Positions 58,851 to 64,000 of a stretch of 64,000 bases of DNA are shown one piece after another. Location of the stretch: positions 5,108 through 69,107 of the forward strand of contig CAMOIP010000004.1 of the NCBI GenBank assembly GCA_946616195.1, read 5' to 3'. The notes under the pieces are model-generated. The model was not told where the DNA came from. It saw only the letters and a program-made list of their open reading frames with translations, and ran no database searches. The position numbers and the translations under genes are program-made. This DNA is from an uncultured Clostridia bacterium (GTDB lineage Bacteria; Bacillota; Clostridia; Oscillospirales; Acutalibacteraceae). Every line of letters starts with the position of its first letter. Positions within the stretch are counted from its first letter, which is position 1.

Positions 58851-59500
58851 TGTTTTTAACTGCTTTGATAACCGTAGTTGCCGCATATTTGATAGGTAGT
58901 ATCAGTTTTGCGGTAATCTTTACAAAGATATTTGCCAAAAAAGATGTAAGGACGGTAGGAAGCGGAAATGCCGGAACTACCAATACATTTCGTGCGGCAG
59001 GTAAAAAAGTAGGAATACTTACATTCATTTGCGACTTTCTGAAAGGCACCCTTTCGGCATATCTCGGTAAAATAATATTTGAATATATTTTCAATTCTAC
59101 GGGGGACCCGATGTATAGCCCGATTTACGGTGCGTATATTTGCGGACTTGCTTGTATGATAGGGCATATATTTCCTCTGTTTTTTGAGTTCAGGGGCGGA
59201 AAAGGCGTTGCAACGGGAGCAGGAATTTTCCTCGCTTTTTGTCCCATTGCCACGGCAATAGGTTTATTGCTTTTTGCAATCAGCCTTTTAATTACTAAAA
59301 TGGTTTCAGTCTCTTCGCTTGTAGGGACTGTCAGCGTTGTTGTTTCTGCTCTTATTATGTATGATAAAAGTTCTTTGTTTTTACCGCAAATGATTATGGC
59401 GATAATAATCGGACTTATAATTATTTTCAAACATAAAGATAATATTGTCAGAATTATAAACGGCGAGGAAAGAAAAATTTCTATCGGAGGTAAAAAGTAA
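58847..59500 (+). CDS. plsY: Glycerol-3-phosphate acyltransferase PlsY
   Basis: It has GSGNAGTTN and FRGGKGVATGAG. It overlaps der by 4 nt. Confidence 0.9.
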   Translation: MMFLTALITVVAAYLIGSISFAVIFTKIFAKKDVRTVGSGNAGTTNTFRAAGKKVGILTFICDFLKGTLSAYLGKIIFEYIFNSTGDPMYSPIYGAYICGLACMIGHIFPLFFEFRGGKGVATGAGIFLAFCPIATAIGLLLFAISLLITKMVSVSSLVGTVSVVVSALIMYDKSSLFLPQMIMAIIIGLIIIFKHKDNIVRIINGEERKISIGGKK

Positions 59501-60486
59501 TGGCAAAGATTACTGTTTTAGGTTCCGGCGGTTGGGGTATGGCACTCGGACTTTCGGCATATAATTGCGGTCATAATGTTACATTGTGGTCGCCGTTTGA
59601 AAAGGAAGTTGAACTGCTTAATACCACCAGAACAAACGAGAAACTTTTAAAAGGAATTTTTCTCCCCGAAGATATAAAAATCACAAGCGATATGTCAAGT
59701 GTTGAAAATTCTCTTTTGACGGTAATTGCAGTCCCTTCTACCGCTGTAAGGAGCGTTGCAAAGCAGTTGTCGGCATTTAAAAACTTCGGTATAATCGTAG
59801 GTTTGTCAAAGGGCTTGGAAGACGGAACATATAAAAGATTATCAGAGGTCATTTCGGAAGAAAACCCCGATTCGTCGGTAGTTATACTTTCGGGTCCGTC
59901 CCATGCTGAGGAGGTTGCAAGGAAAATACCGACATCTCTTGTTGCCGCTTCACGCAGTCTTACGGCGGCTTCAATAGTACAAGACGAACTTTCAAACGAA
60001 TTTTTGCGTATCTACACAAGCGATGATATAGTAGGTGTTGAACTCGGCGGAGCACTGAAAAATGTTATTGCTATTTGTGCCGGTATCTGCGACGGGCTAA
60101 ATTTAGGCGATAACTCAAAAGCCGCCCTTATAACAAGAGGTCTTGCCGAAATGTCAAAACTCGGTGTTAAAATGGGAGCGAATGAGAGAACATTTGCCGG
60201 TTTGTCGGGTATCGGAGATTTGGTTGTTACCTGCACTTCGGTCCATAGCCGAAATAATCGTTTTGGAAACTTGGTAGGCTCGGGTGTTGATATTAAGACG
60301 GCACTCGAAAGGGTAGGAACGGTTGAGGGTTATTATGCTTGTAAAACGGCATATTCTCTTGCCAAAAAGTATAATGTTACTATGCCGATAGTAGAAGTAT
60401 GCTACGGTGTTTTGTATGAGAATAAACCTATAAGTAATGTGGTAAAAGAATTGATGTTAAGACCAAAACAGGCAGAAAACCGCTAA
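59500..60486 (+). CDS. gpsA: NAD(P)H-dependent glycerol-3-phosphate dehydrogenase
   Basis: It has VLGSGGWGMAL, GALKNVIAI and SRNNRFG. Confidence 0.95.
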   Translation: MAKITVLGSGGWGMALGLSAYNCGHNVTLWSPFEKEVELLNTTRTNEKLLKGIFLPEDIKITSDMSSVENSLLTVIAVPSTAVRSVAKQLSAFKNFGIIVGLSKGLEDGTYKRLSEVISEENPDSSVVILSGPSHAEEVARKIPTSLVAASRSLTAASIVQDELSNEFLRIYTSDDIVGVELGGALKNVIAICAGICDGLNLGDNSKAALITRGLAEMSKLGVKMGANERTFAGLSGIGDLVVTCTSVHSRNNRFGNLVGSGVDIKTALERVGTVEGYYACKTAYSLAKKYNVTMPIVEVCYGVLYENKPISNVVKELMLRPKQAENR

Positions 60487-60603
60487 AATCACTTTATTTC
60501 GCATTTTTTTTAAAAAATGCTTGATTTTTTCGCTTGTTTATGCTATTATTGTCTTTGCTATCGAAATTTGTTATTTGGTATAACTTAAAGGGAGGTGCAG
60601 ACC

Positions 60604-60792
60604 ATGGCTAAATGTGATATCTGCAACAAAGAAATTGCTTTCGGAATTAAGGTTTCCCATTCACACAGACGCTCCAACAGAACTTGGAAACCAAATGTAA
60701 AAAAGGTTAAGGCTATCGTTAACGGCTCTCCTCGTCGTATAAACGTTTGCACCCGTTGCTTGCGTTCCGGTAAGGTTACAAGAGCAATCTGA
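60604..60792 (+). CDS. rpmB: 50S ribosomal protein L28
   Basis: It reads MAKCDICNKEIAFGIKVSHSHRRSNRTWKPN. GGGAGG lies upstream of the ATG at 60604. Confidence 0.95.
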   Translation: MAKCDICNKEIAFGIKVSHSHRRSNRTWKPNVKKVKAIVNGSPRRINVCTRCLRSGKVTRAI

Positions 60793-60860
60793 TTGTTATT
60801 TGTTGTCTGTAAAGTCTCGAGTGGCTGTTAGCATCTCGGGACTTTTAGTTTTTTAGAAAA

Positions 60861-61538
60861 ATGGCGATTTTTATGATTAAAGCAGTTTTATTTGATTTGG
60901 ACGGTACCCTTGTCAATTCACTTGTCGACCTTGCAAATTCGGTTAATTTTGCACTTGATAAGTTCGGGTTTGAAACACATAAAACCGAAGAATTTAAATA
61001 CTTTGTCGGCGACGGTATCCCTAAAATGATAGAGAGGGCTCTGCCTGTTGAAAACAGAGATAAAGATACTATCGAAAAGGTAAAAAAGGTATTCTTTGAG
61101 TCCTATTCGGTACATTTTGCCGATAATACGGCACCGTATGACGGCGTAAAAGAACTTGTATCGGCTTTAAAAGAAATGGGAATGAAAGTAGCCGTTGTTA
61201 CAAACAAAGCCCAAGAGATGGCGGATAAGGTCGTAACAAGTGCCTATGGAGATGTGTTTGACTGCGTTTTCGGAAAAAGGGAAGGGCTGCCTGCTAAACC
61301 GGACCCGACGGCTGCGATTATGACTATGAAAGAATTAGGTGTGAAACCTCAAGAATGTATTTTTATAGGCGATTCGGGTGTTGATGTATTAACGGGTGCT
61401 AACAGCGGTGCCTTGCCGGTAGGCGAACTCTGGGGATACAGAGAAGAAACAGAACTTTTAAAAGGCGGAGCAAAGTATATAATCAGGGAACCTGCCGAAC
61501 TTTTAAAAATTATAAACGACTTGCAAAACAAAGAATAA
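60861..61538 (+). CDS. HAD-superfamily hydrolase (phosphoglycolate phosphatase-like)
   Basis: It has HAD motifs LFDLDGTL, VTNK and GDSGVD. The start is 60861 or 60873. Confidence 0.8.
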   Translation: MAIFMIKAVLFDLDGTLVNSLVDLANSVNFALDKFGFETHKTEEFKYFVGDGIPKMIERALPVENRDKDTIEKVKKVFFESYSVHFADNTAPYDGVKELVSALKEMGMKVAVVTNKAQEMADKVVTSAYGDVFDCVFGKREGLPAKPDPTAAIMTMKELGVKPQECIFIGDSGVDVLTGANSGALPVGELWGYREETELLKGGAKYIIREPAELLKIINDLQNKE

Positions 61539-61571
61539 TATATTAAAATATTTTAAAAGAATGCGGAAGAG

Positions 61572-62063
61572 ATGGTGATTAGTATGAAACGGGAAGATTA
61601 TCTTTCTTGGGACGAATACTTTATGGGTATTGCAGTTCTTTCGTCTATGCGTAGCAAAGACCCGTCAACTCAGGTCGGTGCATGTATAGTGGATAAGGAT
61701 AATAAGATTATTTCTATGGGCTATAACGGAATGCCTAAATGTTGTGATGATGACGAATATCCATGGGACAGAAGCGGAGACCCTCTTAAAACAAAGTATC
61801 TCTTTGTTTGCCATGCTGAACTTAATGCAATACTTAATTGCCACGGCGGTTCCGTAAAAGATGCTATATGCTATACTACTCTTTTTCCGTGCAACGAATG
61901 TGCTAAAGCAATTATTCAAGCAGGTATAAGCGAAGTTGTATATTTAAGCGATAAATACAGCGAAACCGACTCCACAAAGGCATCAAAGAAAATGTTTGAC
62001 AGTGCAAAAGTTAAGTATAGAGAATTTAATACAACAAACAAAGAGATTAAGTTTAATTTGTGA
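61572..62063 (+). CDS. comEB: Deoxycytidylate (dCMP) deaminase
   Basis: It has zinc motifs HAELNAI and PCNECAKAI. The start is 61572 or 61584. Confidence 0.88.
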   Translation: MVISMKREDYLSWDEYFMGIAVLSSMRSKDPSTQVGACIVDKDNKIISMGYNGMPKCCDDDEYPWDRSGDPLKTKYLFVCHAELNAILNCHGGSVKDAICYTTLFPCNECAKAIIQAGISEVVYLSDKYSETDSTKASKKMFDSAKVKYREFNTTNKEIKFNL

Positions 62064-62121
62064 TATAAAAAACAAAAATCGGGCTTAAAAAACCACCTCG
62101 GTCAAAAATTTACTTGTTGTA

Positions 62122-62148
62122 GGGGATGATGCCCACATCATCCCTTTA
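62122..62148 (+). terminator. Intrinsic terminator
   Basis: The stem GGGATGATG-ccca-CATCATCCC is followed by TTT. Confidence 0.6.
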
Positions 62149-62179
62149 AAATACCGAAATGAAACATACATAAATGCAA

Positions 62180-62226
62180 AAAGACTGCTTGCATATCCTT
62201 TTTCGGATTTGCAAACAGTCTTTTTT
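62180..62226. terminator. Long bidirectional terminator hairpin
   Basis: The stem AAGACTGCTTGCATATCC-tttttc-GGATTTGCAAACAGTCTT has T/A runs. Confidence 0.6.
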
Positions 62227-62255
62227 ATTTGGGCTGTTTTTTACAGTCCCATTTT

Positions 62256-63374
62256 TTATTCTTCGCTTGTATATTCGTAATTCTTGTCCGTTTTATCCTT
62301 TAACTTTGCTATTTGTTTTTTCACAAGTATTACAATCAGCAAAATTATTGATAATGTTTCAAGTACAAGCAGTGCAAATATTACTTTACCCGAATTAGGC
62401 AAATAAGCGAATGATTCTATAAAGTTTCTGTTTTCTTCCACTTGTTTTTTAGGAGTTTGGGCAGAAACAAAATCGGGGGCTCTTTGAATGGTGTCTTCCA
62501 ACAAATCGTATCTGTAATAGTTGCTCTCGCCGTTTTTATAGCAGTACAAAACATATATATCTTTAAGCCTTAAATCGGTCGATTTATATGCTTTGAATGT
62601 TCTGCCGTTAAAATCCATTTTATCCAAAAACCAATTATTGTTTTGAACTGATGCAGTTTTGGAATTTTCAATTATGTATATATTGTTATTGCAGGTTATA
62701 TAATCAAGTCTTGTAAACTCATTTTGGTCGTTAATATAAAACCAGTCTGATACAGAATCGTCATCTGCGGTAAGGTAAAAGAGGGTGTATTTTTTATTAT
62801 CGGTTATCGTATTTATCTCAATATCGTTATATTCCGTTTTTGACGGTTCAAAGGAAGCGGGAATTTCTATATTTGTCAAATCGTCTTGAATGTGGTACTT
62901 TTTATCGCCGATTTTAACAAGGTAATTGTTGGAATTTTCGCCGTAAACAGTTACATTTGTACTCGCTTCTTCGGTATTTGTTTTGCTGTCGGACGAGGAT
63001 GTTATCGTAGCAGATAAAGTTGATCTTCCCTCGGCTTTTGCCTTAAATGTTATATAGATCGAATGAGATAACTTATTGACATTTGTTTCTTCAATCGTGA
63101 TTGTGGAGTTTCTTGACGATTTTCCTCCCGAAATATACTCTAAAACGGAGGAATCATATTTTAAAGTAGCATCTATATCTTCTATATCAGAAGAAGAGGA
63201 ACTGTATTTTAATGCCACAATAAGGTTATCGCCCACCTTCGGTTCTTGAGTAGAGAGCGATATAACAGCCCTGTCCGCCGATGCAATTATAGTGCCGAGA
63301 ACCGAAAAATTTAAAAACACCATTAACGCACAAAAAAAGATTGATAATGCCTTTTTCATTCTTTTTTCCTCCAA
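62256..63374 (-). CDS. Secreted, C-terminally membrane-anchored protein with cohesin-like/Ig-like N-terminal domain
   Basis: It has a signal peptide, a beta-rich N-terminal domain (VGDNLIVALKYSS..IDATLKYDSSVLEYISG), and a C-terminal TM segment plus charged tail. Confidence 0.5.
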   Translation of the reverse strand: MEEKRMKKALSIFFCALMVFLNFSVLGTIIASADRAVISLSTQEPKVGDNLIVALKYSSSSSDIEDIDATLKYDSSVLEYISGGKSSRNSTITIEETNVNKLSHSIYITFKAKAEGRSTLSATITSSSDSKTNTEEASTNVTVYGENSNNYLVKIGDKKYHIQDDLTNIEIPASFEPSKTEYNDIEINTITDNKKYTLFYLTADDDSVSDWFYINDQNEFTRLDYITCNNNIYIIENSKTASVQNNNWFLDKMDFNGRTFKAYKSTDLRLKDIYVLYCYKNGESNYYRYDLLEDTIQRAPDFVSAQTPKKQVEENRNFIESFAYLPNSGKVIFALLVLETLSIILLIVILVKKQIAKLKDKTDKNYEYTSEE

Positions 63375-63382
63375 TTTTTCAA

Positions 63383-64000
63383 TCAGTCGTATTTTGAAAA
63401 TTCTATTGATTTAATGCAGTCTTCTTCGGGGGTTATATATACGGTTATCCTGCTCCTGAGGTCGTCTTTAGAGAGAAAGTAGTCGAGATAGTATTCATCT
63501 TCATTTACGGCATAAAAATGAGAAGGAGCACCCAAATATTCAATAATATCGGTAATTGCCGATTGATTAGTTACTCCGTTTACAAAAAACTGACCGTAAG
63601 AACTGTCCTCGACAAATTGATTGTTTTCAGAAATCTTGAATTTAACAATTCGGCAATTCCTTAGTTCAACAGACGAATTTGAAGCATTATAGAAAACGGC
63701 ATCAAGTTTGTTTCCGTATTCGTTTACAAATGTGGCATTCATAGTTTTACCGGCGAGAATTATAGATTTTTCGTCATATTCTTCCGACTCGATGAGATTA
63801 AATCCCTTTGCTGTCATTTTTTTATAGGTTGTCGGAACTTCTATTGAATTTCCGGCGTATGTGATTTTATATTTAAAATTCTTTCCTAAATAAATGTCGG
63901 AGTAATTTTCAACATTATAAAGGCTTATATCAAAATAGGTCGGCATAATTGGGTCTTCAGATGAAATCTGAGGAACCTCTATATTTTTATATTTGGCATC
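63383..64000 (-). CDS. Hypothetical protein, 5' end probably outside the window
   Basis: The frame stays open from the ATG at 63946 to the window edge. I recognise no family. Confidence 0.4.
   Translation of the reverse strand, partial: DAKYKNIEVPQISSEDPIMPTYFDISLYNVENYSDIYLGKNFKYKITYAGNSIEVPTTYKKMTAKGFNLIESEEYDEKSIILAGKTMNATFVNEYGNKLDAVFYNASNSSVELRNCRIVKFKISENNQFVEDSSYGQFFVNGVTNQSAITDIIEYLGAPSHFYAVNEDEYYLDYFLSKDDLRSRITVYITPEEDCIKSIEFSKYD

Overview
This 64-kb chromosomal window comes from a low-GC Firmicute of class Clostridia. Several cohesin-like proteins and one dockerin-bearing protein suggest a Ruminococcus/Oscillospiraceae-type organism, but that is inference only. No rRNA, tRNA, CRISPR array, transposase or prophage gene was seen. 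The content is mostly core metabolism and housekeeping. It includes glyQS, a Na/Pi symporter, glgP with a GH13 enzyme, and an L-box (lysine riboswitch) controlling an NhaC-family transporter. It also holds a small glycosyl-phosphotransferase/nucleotidyltransferase pair, a Na+-translocating oxaloacetate-decarboxylase operon (oadG-BCCP-oadB-oadA), and a T-box leader controlling a TrpXYZ-like ABC importer. There is a complete F-type ATPase operon, a lexA-rnhA-queT unit, RNase P RNA, a TetR-MMPL module and D-LDH. A compact 7-gene V-type ATPase operon (E, DUF2764, A, B, D, I, K) follows. The window ends with the block yceD-rpmF-DUF512-der-plsY-gpsA-rpmB. The points most worth a second look are these. 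(1) A roughly 105-nt leader is about 80% identical upstream of oadA and upstream of the F-ATPase operon; it contains a conserved hairpin plus U-run and a conserved SD/start region. (2) An unannotated GC-rich, roughly 200-nt minus-strand RNA has 6S-like architecture. (3) Na+-binding signatures occur in both rotor subunits (F-type c and V-type K). (4) The F-ATPase delta subunit is only 71 aa. (5) A membrane-anchored cohesin-like protein sits in tandem with a dockerin-bearing peptidoglycan amidase, and both carry Cys/His-rich mini-repeats. Coordinates of non-ORF features were counted by hand and may be off by a few nt. Start codons were moved from the ORF track only where a Shine-Dalgarno sequence supports an internal start.
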